The notes beneath the pieces are model-generated. The model searched no databases and had not been told where the DNA came from. It saw only the letters and a list, made by a program, of their open reading frames with translations. A stretch of 62,732 nucleotides of DNA, counting the filler, from Nitrospirota bacterium (lineage in GTDB: Bacteria > JACPQY01), in the NCBI GenBank assembly GCA_016180645.1. It is 3 parts of 3 records of this genome, joined end to end, with 100 filler letters (N's around TTAATTAATTAA, not from the genome) between each part and the next. Parts side by side here need not be neighbours in the genome. Positions count along the whole stretch, not along the records: positions 1 to 31,543 come from JACPAV010000004.1; 2 more parts are not named here. One strand, 5' to 3'. Positions 1 through 8,605 of the stretch are shown one piece after another (position 1 is the first letter of the stretch; the number at the start of each line of letters is the position of its first letter). The position numbers and the translations under genes are program-made.

Positions 1-46
1 TCTCGCTCGGATGGGAAGGTATCTTCAGACACCGCTCAAGCGATTC

Positions 47-146
47 GTAGGGGAGCATCTTCAGATGCTCCCTCTTGTCGGGAGGGTCTGAAGACCCTCC
101 CCTACTTGCTCCCTCTTGTCGGGAAGGTCTGAAGACCCTCCCCTAC
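47..146. repeat. GTAG-type REP doublet plus an extra partial copy
   Basis: GTAGGGGAGCATCTTCAGATGCTCCC...GGGAGGGTCTGAAGACCCTCCCCTAC; identical copies at 31658-31716 and 31790-31848. Confidence 0.85.
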
Positions 147-441
147 GCTCCTCCCGCGTCCAGTGGGCGTCGTTGCGGCGGAAGATCCCGTGCCGGTCCA
201 TGTAAATCGACAGCGGAATGCCCTTCTGGGTGAGGACCTGCCGCAGGATCCGGCGCACGGTCACGCGCGAAAGCTTCACCCCCTCCCGATCCACCTTCCG
301 CCTTAACCGCCTCACCTGACGCTCCGACAACCCCAGCAACTCCGCCGCCTTCTTCACCGTCTCACGCCCTTCCAACATCAACCGAACCACGTGCAACCGT
401 TGCCACTGCCTCTGACTCAACCGAATCTCTCCTTCGTCCAT
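61..441 (-). pseudogene. Internally deleted IS1202/ISNCY-type transposase remnant
   Basis: N-terminal HTH (AAELLGLSERQVRRL) followed directly by LSRVTVRRIL and GIPLSIYMDRHGIF, motifs normally far apart in these transposases; the frame runs into a REP at 146. Confidence 0.75.
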
Positions 442-483
442 AAGATAATCTCCTTTCCAAAGATCATCTCGGACACGAAGAAA

Positions 484-536
484 GAGGACAGAATCACTGA
501 ACAGTTACAGGAGGACATTTTCACTGAACTACCACA
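484..536 (-). mobile_element. IS terminal inverted repeat (left end)
   Basis: Minus strand TGTGGTAGTTCAGTGAAAATGTCCTC...GTTCAGTGATTCTGTCCTC: TGT terminus plus two repeated binding sites, upstream of the transposase remnant. Confidence 0.75.
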
Positions 537-711
537 GGATCAAAAGCAAGCTTGACTCAAAGGCGGCAGTATGCGAAGGTGCGCCCCATCGAGCAAGGGC
601 ATACTTCAACTCAATGCCTGGTGGCATCCGGCGAATCTCTTCCACGCACAGGAGCCAAATCAACATTCGGAAGGGAGCGACTCCGGCTAATCAGGGGGAA
701 ATGAGGTAATC

Positions 712-1029
712 ATGGGAACAAAATTGTATGTTGGTGGACTGTCCTATTCGACGACCACCGAAGAACTTCAGGGCGCGTTTTCGCGAGTGGGCCAGGTGCA
801 ATCGGCCACGATCATTACGGACAAGATGACCGGACGATCCCGAGGATTTGGCTTTGTGGAGATGAGCACGCAGGAGGAAGCGAATGCGGCCATTTCTCAG
901 CTCAATGGTCAGACGTTGGGTGATCGCACGATCACGGTGAACGAAGCACGCCCGCAGGCTCCCCGCTCAGGCGGTGGAGGCGATTTCAGGGGCGGCAACC
1001 GCGGAGGTCGCTCGGGCCAACGATGGTAG
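712..1029 (+). CDS. RRM RNA-binding protein (Rbp family)
   Basis: RNP2 LYVGGL, RNP1 RGFGFVEM, Gly/Arg-rich tail; GAGG RBS. Confidence 0.95.
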   Translation: MGTKLYVGGLSYSTTTEELQGAFSRVGQVQSATIITDKMTGRSRGFGFVEMSTQEEANAAISQLNGQTLGDRTITVNEARPQAPRSGGGGDFRGGNRGGRSGQRW

Positions 1030-1071
1030 GCTCAACCTCGTTGAGCCTGGCCGGGCCTATAAACGAGGCCC

Positions 1072-1269
1072 ATGCCCGATAGCGGAGGGAAGAGGGCGCG
1101 CGAAGCGCGCAAGCGGGAGAAGAAACGGATCAAGGAGGAGCGGAAGCGCCTGCGGAAAGCCGGTTTGCTTCAGCCTGGGTCATCCACCTCGTATCTGCCG
1201 GACGACGAAGGATCGGCGCCGGCGGAGGACTCCCCCGAGCCGGAGAAGAAAGAGACTACCGAAACCTGA
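1072..1269 (+). CDS. Small basic hypothetical protein
   Basis: K/R/E-rich helix and acidic tail; GAGG RBS; followed by a terminator. Confidence 0.65.
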   Translation: MPDSGGKRAREARKREKKRIKEERKRLRKAGLLQPGSSTSYLPDDEGSAPAEDSPEPEKKETTET

Positions 1270-1297
1270 GCCGCTCCTCCTTGGAGCGGCTCCTTTT
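1268..1297 (+). terminator. Intrinsic terminator
   Basis: GAGCCGCTCC-TCCTT-GGAGCGGCTC followed by CTTTT. Confidence 0.75.
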
Positions 1298-1337
1298 CAG
1301 TTGATCGACCGCGTGAGGCGGTATGCGAAAAGCGAAC

Positions 1338-2192
1338 TCAGTTCGCGGACTCGACGAGACCGTTCTTGAGGACGAGATCTCCTGCGCGGTTCTTTGTCTC
1401 GAATCCCAGGATGGTCATCTTGTCGTTCTTCTCCACGATCCATGCTTCCGTTGAGAGGGTCTCCTTGGGCAGAACAATCTTCGCGAACCGGACGGCGATT
1501 CGCTTCACCTTTCGGGGGTCGGAGTCGAGCTGCTTATCGATGATCCCTTTGGAAGCAAGGCCCAATGTGCACATGCCGTGGATGATGATTCCCGGCAGTC
1601 CCGCCATCTTGGCGACGTTGTCGTCCACGTGAATCGGGTTCCGGTCGCCTGAACCTTCGGCGTATCGGATCGACTGGTCTTTGGCCACTTCCATCACGAC
1701 CGTGAAGAGGGGTTTCTTGTTGGAAGCCTCCGGGGCCGGTTCATCTTTCTTGCCTCCGCCGCCCTTGCCACCGCCGCGGATGAAGTAGCCGCCTTTGGCG
1801 ACCTGCACGACGGCGCCGGACTTGTCCTTGGTCGTGGATTCGACGGTGATGAGTTCTCCGGAGCCCTTGTCTTCGATGTTGAGGATCTTTGCGCCGGTCT
1901 TGAGTTCGTCGCCGGGCTTGAGGAGTCGATGGAACGTCATGTCCTGCTCACCGTGAACGAGCATCATGATGTTCGCGTTGAGATCGGGATCGAACAGCGG
2001 GCCGGCCGATGCGGGAAGTGAGGGTACGATGCCGAAGAGCGGAGGACCGATGAGTCCGCCGTCTTTCGACTCGTCCCAAAAGAAGGGCGACGTTTCGTTG
2101 ATGCCGAGACAGTATTTCTGGATTCCTTCTTTCGTGACGGCGTAGCCGATTTCGGGGTAGGTTCGGCCGATGCAGGCCTTGTTCATTCCCAT
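1338..2192 (-). CDS. Double hot-dog MaoC-like (R)-enoyl-CoA hydratase/dehydratase
   Basis: VHGEQ and SGDRNPIHVD...IIHGM hydratase-2 motifs; start at MGMNK after GAAGGAGGA. Confidence 0.9.
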   Translation of the reverse strand: MGMNKACIGRTYPEIGYAVTKEGIQKYCLGINETSPFFWDESKDGGLIGPPLFGIVPSLPASAGPLFDPDLNANIMMLVHGEQDMTFHRLLKPGDELKTGAKILNIEDKGSGELITVESTTKDKSGAVVQVAKGGYFIRGGGKGGGGKKDEPAPEASNKKPLFTVVMEVAKDQSIRYAEGSGDRNPIHVDDNVAKMAGLPGIIIHGMCTLGLASKGIIDKQLDSDPRKVKRIAVRFAKIVLPKETLSTEAWIVEKNDKMTILGFETKNRAGDLVLKNGLVESAN

Positions 2193-2403
2193 TGGAGTCC
2201 TCCTTCGCGTAAGTAGCCGGGATTCGCCTCGTCCCTTCCGCTTCGCTCCACGGGCGAGGAGTGGAAGGTCCATCGGGCTCTGGCCTCGGCTCCGATGCGT
2301 TCGCGGGCGGAACGACCACCCGCTTGGGTAGGGTTACACAGTATGACGCGCCGTGTCAATGCGAAGCCGGGTTCGCCGGCGGTGGGCCTGCCGGCCCGTT
2401 TTG

Positions 2404-2456
2404 GTAGCCGCAGCCTTCGGGCTGCTTACATGACGCGGGCTGAAGCCCCATGCCAC
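2404..2456. repeat. Degenerate GTAG REP doublet
   Basis: GTAGCCGCAGCCTTCGGGCTGC...CGCGGGCTGAAGCCCCATGCCAC; related to copies at 21038 and 38691. Confidence 0.65.
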
Positions 2457-2521
2457 GGAGGGTATGGGACCATGATATGTCGCCGCACCACGGATGGTGC
2501 GGCATGGACCATGGCCCGCGC

Positions 2522-5095
2522 CTACCGAATGATGAGCGTCAGCAGGTGCCGGTCCATTCTGAGGGTGTAGTCGTCCGTGAGATCCGGGAGGCGTTTCCCC
2601 GGCTCCTCCATTGCGTCCGATTCGTAGACTTGTTTGAGTCCGAATTCGCGCAGGGCGGATTTCATCTTGACATTCACCGGCGTGTCGAGCGGATTGAAGA
2701 GCCGCAGAACGAGCGAGTCGTCAATCTCGGATCGCTTGAACACCATCAGCTCCGCGCCCTCGAGGTCGATAAAGCTTTTGCTTGCCGGTAAGGTGCCTTC
2801 GTGCGCGTCGGTGGGGACGGAAATCAGGGGCTGGTGGAGGTCGAATGCTTGACGGTATGCCTCCGCCGCGTCGATGGCGCCATCGTGCGGGATGATCCAG
2901 AATGATACCTCGTGTGGATCGGGATCGGTGCCGATCGCGCCGAGGACTTGGCATTTCTCCAGCGAGGCGTTTCGCGTGATCATCATTTCGACGTCGGCGT
3001 TTTCGCCCACGTGCCACCCTTGGCTCGCGAGGCTGACGAACAACATTCCCTTCCCCGTCGGGTCGGAGACATCCAGCCATTCCAACACGGGCCAGAACGT
3101 CGGATCGTAGTGACGCTTGAGCGGTCGGGCCGTCCACGCATACGGCGTGGCGGTGACGAGTTGCGGATGGCCCAACCTCGTTTCGACCCGTGCGGTAATC
3201 GTTGAATCCTTTGGTGCCGAGGCTGTCAGCTTCTGGAGGAGTCCGGGTTGTCCCGCGTAGCTCCATTCTTCCTGACGGACTTCCGAGCCTTCCAAATCCA
3301 ATCGAGTGATCGTGACAGTTGCGAGCGGTTCGCTTGCAACTACCTCAGCGGATTCGCTTCCAGGGCGGGCAAGTGCGACACGCTCAAAGCGGCACCCGTC
3401 CATCTCGTGCCCCAGTCGCCACATCCCGCCATCATCCAGGTATGAAATGATATCGACTTCTTGCTTGCTTGGACTCATGGCCGCGAAGCGCGGAGTCGCG
3501 CGAGACGTACTCGCCGGTCCACCTTGCCTGGCCAAAACCCTGAACCCCATCGGAGGAACCTCGTTCGCCGCGAATAGTGTTCCTTGCCCATCCGTAGATT
3601 CACCAGCATTCACGACTTCACTTCTTGAGCGTGAGAGGGAATTCCAGACGACAAAGGGATCAGCGCCTTCGTCCGTTGTTTGGGAACGCGCGGTCAGGCT
3701 TCGGAGTGCACTGTCCATGACGGATTGCCCCCGGAGGATGACGTCTCGAAGGATGGGAAGTTGCTCTTCCTTGTAGACCTTGTCCGGGCTGGTGCCGGGG
3801 AGGTAGTCGTGATGGTTGCTCCAGGCGAGTTTTTCCCAGAGTTCGCGGAGCTCGGCCTTGGGATAGCCCGCGGGGTCGAAGAGCGATTCCAGTGTGGCGA
3901 ATTTTTCGGCCTGCATGAGGAGGTAGCTCGCTTCGCGGTGGAGTTTTTTCAGTTCGACTCGCGAGCCGAAGAAGCCCATCCAGTACGGCGCGATATCCAC
4001 TTCCAGCTCTGGGACGCGCTTGCCCTGAAACTCCACCAGTCGAGCGAACTCCTCGAAAGTGGCGGCCAACGCCCACACTCCCGTTTCCGAATATTTCGTC
4101 GCGTTCCAGTTGTCCATGTATTCCACCAGTCGCGGTTTCGGCAGCGCGAAGTCGCAGCCGATGGGGACGAACATGTAGTCGGTGGGACTGACATCCGCGA
4201 GTTGGGAGACGTACATGGCGATCTTGGCGTTGGTGGATTCGGCATCCGGTTTGAACGGGCCTAGATGGCCCCCCGGTAGCTGGAACGGTTCGTCGTAATC
4301 GATGTTGTCTCCTTGACAGTATGTATAGGGCATCCAGTGGGTCAAGATCCGCGTGCCATCGGCACCCTTCCACCAGAAGTCGATGGCCTTCTCGTTGAAC
4401 AGCTTCTCGGCCGTGGAGCCCGGGCGAGGTGTGTATTTCATATTTGGCATGATGAAGTTGTCGATGCCGTCCGCTCGCGAGAGCGCCGCGTATTTGTAGC
4501 CTGCGGCCGTGAGCAGACTAGGCAGGCCGGTTCCGAGGCCAAAATCGTCGGGCAGCCACGCCGTGGCCGAGCCGACTCCGAATTCCTCCATGGTGAACCG
4601 GCGGCCGAGCATGAAGTCTCGCAGCAGGGCTTCGCCCGTGGGCAGCACCACGTCCGGACTCGTAATCCCTCCGCCCACAATACGAAATCGTCCGGATTTT
4701 GTGTGCCGTTTCAGCCGCTCGCGATCTTCGGGATGTTTTTCAAGGTGGTGCTTTAGGAATGCCATTTCGGCCATGGAATAGAAGTAGCGCGGGTTTTCAT
4801 CGAGAATGTCGAGGGAGCTCCGGATAATTTTCTCAACGTACCGGTCGTAGTACTCCGGGAATGTCAGTTGCCAGTCCAGATCCATGTGCGCGTTCTGCCC
4901 GAACACGATCACGCGCTTTGCCTTCGCAGGGATTCCCAGCTTCTCCCTCAGATCGTGCTCCGAGTTGGCCCCGATGACGGTTACCTCATACTTCTTTTCG
5001 CAGCCGAGCAGGAGAAAAAGCAGGGCGGTTGCAATGGCGATCTCCCCTCCGATGCGCCGGGGCCGGAAGAAGCGGGTCGCCTTCTTCGGAATCAA
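2522..5095 (-). CDS. Glycoside hydrolase family 38 (alpha-mannosidase-like) lipoprotein
   Basis: AHMDLDW zinc motif, WLPDDFG nucleophile motif, NHHDYLPGTS; lipobox LLGC. Confidence 0.85.
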   Translation of the reverse strand: MIPKKATRFFRPRRIGGEIAIATALLFLLLGCEKKYEVTVIGANSEHDLREKLGIPAKAKRVIVFGQNAHMDLDWQLTFPEYYDRYVEKIIRSSLDILDENPRYFYSMAEMAFLKHHLEKHPEDRERLKRHTKSGRFRIVGGGITSPDVVLPTGEALLRDFMLGRRFTMEEFGVGSATAWLPDDFGLGTGLPSLLTAAGYKYAALSRADGIDNFIMPNMKYTPRPGSTAEKLFNEKAIDFWWKGADGTRILTHWMPYTYCQGDNIDYDEPFQLPGGHLGPFKPDAESTNAKIAMYVSQLADVSPTDYMFVPIGCDFALPKPRLVEYMDNWNATKYSETGVWALAATFEEFARLVEFQGKRVPELEVDIAPYWMGFFGSRVELKKLHREASYLLMQAEKFATLESLFDPAGYPKAELRELWEKLAWSNHHDYLPGTSPDKVYKEEQLPILRDVILRGQSVMDSALRSLTARSQTTDEGADPFVVWNSLSRSRSEVVNAGESTDGQGTLFAANEVPPMGFRVLARQGGPASTSRATPRFAAMSPSKQEVDIISYLDDGGMWRLGHEMDGCRFERVALARPGSESAEVVASEPLATVTITRLDLEGSEVRQEEWSYAGQPGLLQKLTASAPKDSTITARVETRLGHPQLVTATPYAWTARPLKRHYDPTFWPVLEWLDVSDPTGKGMLFVSLASQGWHVGENADVEMMITRNASLEKCQVLGAIGTDPDPHEVSFWIIPHDGAIDAAEAYRQAFDLHQPLISVPTDAHEGTLPASKSFIDLEGAELMVFKRSEIDDSLVLRLFNPLDTPVNVKMKSALREFGLKQVYESDAMEEPGKRLPDLTDDYTLRMDRHLLTLIIR

Positions 5096-5835
5096 TTCAG
5101 GCTGGATGGGGATGTGGTGGGTGGAGAGGATGGGGAGGATTTGGACATGGATTCAATGCGGCTGACCATGATCCGGGTGACCTGTTCGCACCGCAGGGCC
5201 ACGTCGTCCAGTTCGAGGAGGCTCTGCTTCGTGGCCGGTTCGATGTTGAGGAGGAAACACGCCCAATTCGTGACGACCTCCATCGGCATGGACTCGGTTG
5301 TCGACATCATTTGGTCGACCTGCTCTTGAGGCTGCCCTTGCAGGCTCAGAAGCGTGCGCGCGGTTTCCGTGAGCGTACGCCGAAGCCGCAGGGCGAAGTC
5401 CGGAGATTCCGGGAGGTGATCGAGAAGGACTCGGATGGGCGCCTCCTGGTAGGAGCGATCATGAGTTGTGCTTCCGAATTCGACTTTCTGAACCCCGAGC
5501 AGAACGATGTTGTATCGATCCTCCGCTTGCTCCTCCCAGGCGACGATCCGCCCGAGGCATCCGATGGAGCAGAACTCGGGGGGGTCGCCCCCTTCGCTGC
5601 CCTCCTCGGCGCTTCGGGTACGGCCAGCCGTCCTAGCGCCGCGATACTGCGGTTCCCATCCCGGTTTCAGGAGGGCCATGGCGATGTGGCGCGAACCCGA
5701 AAGGGAATTGTTGATCATTTCGAGGTAGCGCGGCTCGAAGATGTGGAGCGGCATTCGAGTATGCGGGAAGAGCACCACGTTCGGCAGCGGAAAGACTGGG
5801 ACGGTGGTCGGAAGATGCCTGGGTGCAGCGTCCAT
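5092..5835 (-). CDS. LON peptidase substrate-binding (N-terminal) domain protein
   Basis: PVFPLPNVVLFP...PLHIFEPRY signature; start codon uncertain. Confidence 0.85.
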   Translation of the reverse strand: MDAAPRHLPTTVPVFPLPNVVLFPHTRMPLHIFEPRYLEMINNSLSGSRHIAMALLKPGWEPQYRGARTAGRTRSAEEGSEGGDPPEFCSIGCLGRIVAWEEQAEDRYNIVLLGVQKVEFGSTTHDRSYQEAPIRVLLDHLPESPDFALRLRRTLTETARTLLSLQGQPQEQVDQMMSTTESMPMEVVTNWACFLLNIEPATKQSLLELDDVALRCEQVTRIMVSRIESMSKSSPSSPPTTSPSSLN

Positions 5836-5998
5836 CGTGATCATTGTCACAGTTCCGTGGGGCCAATACAACATTGCACCGCGCACCTGGGGGACACACA
5901 CTGCCCGTTATGGGGAATATTCAACGTGACGCCGCTCACACAATTCAGAACGCGCCGCGATTTCGGGCAGAGATCAATAACCTTTGACGCAACATTCC

Positions 5999-6014
5999 TG
6001 GCACGGGTCCTGCT
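5999..6014 (+). promoter_or_regulatory. Sigma-54 -24/-12 promoter
   Basis: TGGCACG-GGTC-CTGCT with exact GG-N10-GC spacing. Confidence 0.55.
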
Positions 6015-6118
6015 TCATCTTTGGCGGGTTCTACCGATGAAAGGAGTATGGAATGGAATGGTGCTTCACTAGAGTCAGGGCCGCAGGGAGCCCTGAGTTT
6101 GCCGAAGGGGGGAACCCG

Positions 6119-6286
6119 ATGAGTTGGAAACGAGCCGTATTGAACATCGATGGCGGGGCCGTGGAGGACCCCAGGGGCGTGATCGGATTCGTGAAGGACG
6201 TCCGATCCCACTGGGGATTCTATTTGATCTCTTCCGCCTTCACCGCGGCCGTCTGCACGATGGCCGTGAAACTCCTGGCGAGCTAA
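6119..6286 (+). CDS. Small protein with C-terminal transmembrane helix
   Basis: 55 aa, purine-rich RBS, hydrophobic C-terminus, downstream of the sigma-54 site. Confidence 0.5.
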   Translation: MSWKRAVLNIDGGAVEDPRGVIGFVKDVRSHWGFYLISSAFTAAVCTMAVKLLAS

Positions 6287-6330
6287 AGCTCACCCCTATC
6301 GAGGCAAATCCTCGATCGTGCGTGTGCCCC

Positions 6331-6609
6331 TCACTCGCGTGGGCCTCCGCGTCGGCTCGATGAATCTGCCGGCGTATGTTCTTGATAGAGTGCGGCGTAC
6401 CGATCCACCAACATGCGAATCATTTTCTGGTAGTGGGTTCGGTGCTTCCGCGCCTGCTGTTTGAAGAACTGAACGCTTCTCTTGCTGAGCCCCATCGTAA
6501 CCTTCACGCTCTCCTCCCTGTAGGCGAGATCCCTGGGTTCCGGCAGGAAGTCCGCGACCAAGCGGGGGCTTCCCATCGGTTCGTCAGTGTATCGGGTTTT
6601 GCTTTTCAT
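6331..6609 (-). CDS. BrnA/CopG-like antitoxin
   Basis: YTDEPMG..VADFLPEP..VKVTMGLSKRSVQFFK..YQKMIR pattern; overlaps the brnT remnant. Confidence 0.75.
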   Translation of the reverse strand: MKSKTRYTDEPMGSPRLVADFLPEPRDLAYREESVKVTMGLSKRSVQFFKQQARKHRTHYQKMIRMLVDRYAALYQEHTPADSSSRRGGPRE

Positions 6610-6766
6610 AGATCCTCTTTCCCTTTCTCCAATACCCCGCTCCGAGAATCCGGATAACTTCCTTTCGGTATGTGAATCGAACGGTCAGGATGCCGCCCCC
6701 GATTCGTCCCAAGCAGAAATACCGGTGCTCTTTGCCCGCACCGTGGCGCATATCTTCCGCGACAAC
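6584..6766 (-). pseudogene. 5'-truncated BrnT-family toxin
   Basis: C-terminal half only (VVAED..H..E.RYFCLG..GILTVRFTYR..IRILGAGYWRKG); FEWD/KHG N-terminus absent, break at the attC core. Confidence 0.75.
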
Positions 6767-6823
6767 GCTCCGGTTCAGCGGCGGGCCGCGCAGCGGACCG
6801 TCCGCTGCAACCGGTTGTTGGGC
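6760..6823 (-). mobile_element. Integron attC site
   Basis: Minus strand GCCCAAC-AACCGGTTGCAGCGGAC...GCCGCTGAACCGGAGC-GTTGTCG, 64 bp, starting 1 nt after the REase stop. Confidence 0.85.
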
Positions 6824-6824
6824 G

Positions 6825-7487
6825 TCATTCGTCGGATTTCCTCGACCAGAACTCACGGACCTGCTCGAAGCGAGATACCCGTTCGCCAATCTTCGCGATC
6901 TCTTTAGGGTAGAACTCCAACATGACATCGCAAAACTCCAACATCCAACGCTTCCGCGGGTACCCCGGATTCACGGTCACACGATTCGAGTTGGCGATCT
7001 GAATCTGGCCCCAGCCGAGGGCCCCGATCGTCAGGCAATCCCATCCAAGGAATTCGATGGGCACGAATGTGACATGGGTGACCTTTGCCTTCACGCCCTC
7101 GACGCTGTAGCTGACGAGAAGAACCGTGAAGAAGTTGCTGTCGTCCTCGTAGAAACGCGCCAACCGTTCCACGGAAGTAAGGTTCGGCATGTTGAACTTC
7201 GTGTCGGTCCTGTGCGTCTTGACGTCGACGATGTAGTACAGTCCTTCGCGATCCTTGAACGCAAGGTCAGCCATTGCCCGGCGAGCGAAGTTCGGGGAGT
7301 ACTCGCCACAGTGCTCGCCAAGAATGTTCTCGAAGGATGCCGCTACGACGTTTTCGATGGCATCTCCCACAGCCCTGGGGCTCTGGGCGGTGTTCTTCGA
7401 TAGGAAATCTGGACTGCCATTGATCAAATCTCGGACCCGGGCCTGGATCAACACGTAGTCATTGCTATGAAAGAGCCGGCTCATCAT
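6825..7487 (-). CDS. Putative type II restriction endonuclease (PD-(D/E)xK)
   Basis: GDAIE..MADLAF..IVDVKT motif; overlaps the methyltransferase stop. Confidence 0.7.
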   Translation of the reverse strand: MMSRLFHSNDYVLIQARVRDLINGSPDFLSKNTAQSPRAVGDAIENVVAASFENILGEHCGEYSPNFARRAMADLAFKDREGLYYIVDVKTHRTDTKFNMPNLTSVERLARFYEDDSNFFTVLLVSYSVEGVKAKVTHVTFVPIEFLGWDCLTIGALGWGQIQIANSNRVTVNPGYPRKRWMLEFCDVMLEFYPKEIAKIGERVSRFEQVREFWSRKSDE

Positions 7488-8491
7488 GACTGATCCTCGA
7501 TTAGGAAAGACTGCGCGGTCGTGTTGGATCTCGGCGTTGAGTTCTTCGTGTCCTGGAACGCGAGAGAATTACGTTCCCAGAAGTAGCCACCGGAGTAGCC
7601 CTGAATCGAAGGCTCGTGATGAGAAAGCTCCAACCGCTTCTCGGCAAGCAGGCAGTAGATTTCCTCCTGCTCAATGCCGATGAATTGTCGACCGAGTTTT
7701 TTCGCTACCACTGACGTGGTGCCGGAACCCAAGAAAGGATCGAGCACACAGTCTCCGGGCTTTGAGCTGGCGAGCAGAAGCTTGGCGAACAGTTTCTCCG
7801 GTTTCTGAGTCGGGTGCTCCGTGTTCTCTGGCATGGACCAGAAGGGAACTGAGATATCAGTCCATAGGTTTGAAGGGTGGGTCACTCGGAAACCGCCGTT
7901 GGCTTCCTCGTTCCAGTCCTTCGGCTTTCCGTCTACGTCACGATAGGGCGCAATCACCCGGCGCTTTTGCTTCACGGCCTCTACGTTAAAGGAGTACTGG
8001 TCGCTGAGAACACAAAACCAAATGTCCTCGGAGCAGTTCTTCCAGTTACGTAAGGCGCCGCGGCCTTTCTCACGTTCCCACGTGATCCGGTTCTGCACAA
8101 GAAAGTACCGTTCAAGAGCACGTTGGACGACTCCAGAGGATCGCCATTCGCTGCACACATACACTGAGGCCGAAGGCTTTAAGAGTTCGACAGCCAGCGA
8201 GAGCCAAGAGTGTAGCCACTCTTCGTATGCCGCGAGGGGCTGTCTCTTGAATGTGGAGCTTCTGAATTCCTTGGTTAGGTTGTAGGGCGGATCAACGATC
8301 AGCAAGTCCACGGACTTCTTGGGCAATAGGGGCAGGACCAACAATGAGTCGCCGAGGATCGTTCGCCCGGCGCATTCCGACAAAGTCACTGGCTGATTGA
8401 CAGAAAGCAGTCGCCTACGCAGGCGTTCGGCGTCTTGCTCAGAGAGTGCCAGCGTCCTGTTCCGTGGTGCTCGCAATGCTGGTTCTCTCAT
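7484..8491 (-). CDS. DNA amino-methyltransferase (N4-C/N6-A, beta class)
   Basis: DPPY precedes HPTQKP and VLDPFLGSGTT; start MREPA after AGAGGAAGG. Confidence 0.92.
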   Translation of the reverse strand: MREPALRAPRNRTLALSEQDAERLRRRLLSVNQPVTLSECAGRTILGDSLLVLPLLPKKSVDLLIVDPPYNLTKEFRSSTFKRQPLAAYEEWLHSWLSLAVELLKPSASVYVCSEWRSSGVVQRALERYFLVQNRITWEREKGRGALRNWKNCSEDIWFCVLSDQYSFNVEAVKQKRRVIAPYRDVDGKPKDWNEEANGGFRVTHPSNLWTDISVPFWSMPENTEHPTQKPEKLFAKLLLASSKPGDCVLDPFLGSGTTSVVAKKLGRQFIGIEQEEIYCLLAEKRLELSHHEPSIQGYSGGYFWERNSLAFQDTKNSTPRSNTTAQSFLIEDQS

Positions 8492-8523
8492 GCCTTCCTC
8501 TGCAAGCAATGCCGCTTCATGAC

Positions 8524-8598
8524 GACCAACGTTTGCGCTGACCCGCGGTCGCTATAGATTCCTCAATGGCGCCCGTCGGGTCAAGCGCCTTGTTCGCC
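8524..8598 (-). mobile_element. Integron attC site
   Basis: Minus strand GGCGAAC-AAGGCGCTTGACCCGAC...GCGGGTCAGCGCAAAC-GTTGGTC, 75 bp, 7 nt after the mrr stop. Confidence 0.8.
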
Positions 8599-8605
8599 GG
8601 CAACA

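Noticed and set aside
590-711. Riboswitch in the rbp leader
   Set aside because: Long leader but no aptamer recognisable by eye; needs an Rfam scan.
6310-6375. Third attC after brnA (minus strand ..ATTCATCGAGCCGAC..)
   Set aside because: No AAC inverse core and no matching right arm or GTT; at best a remnant.
6767-6928. 114-aa ORF as an intact BrnT
   Set aside because: Its N-terminal part is read-through of the REase 3' end and the attC site.
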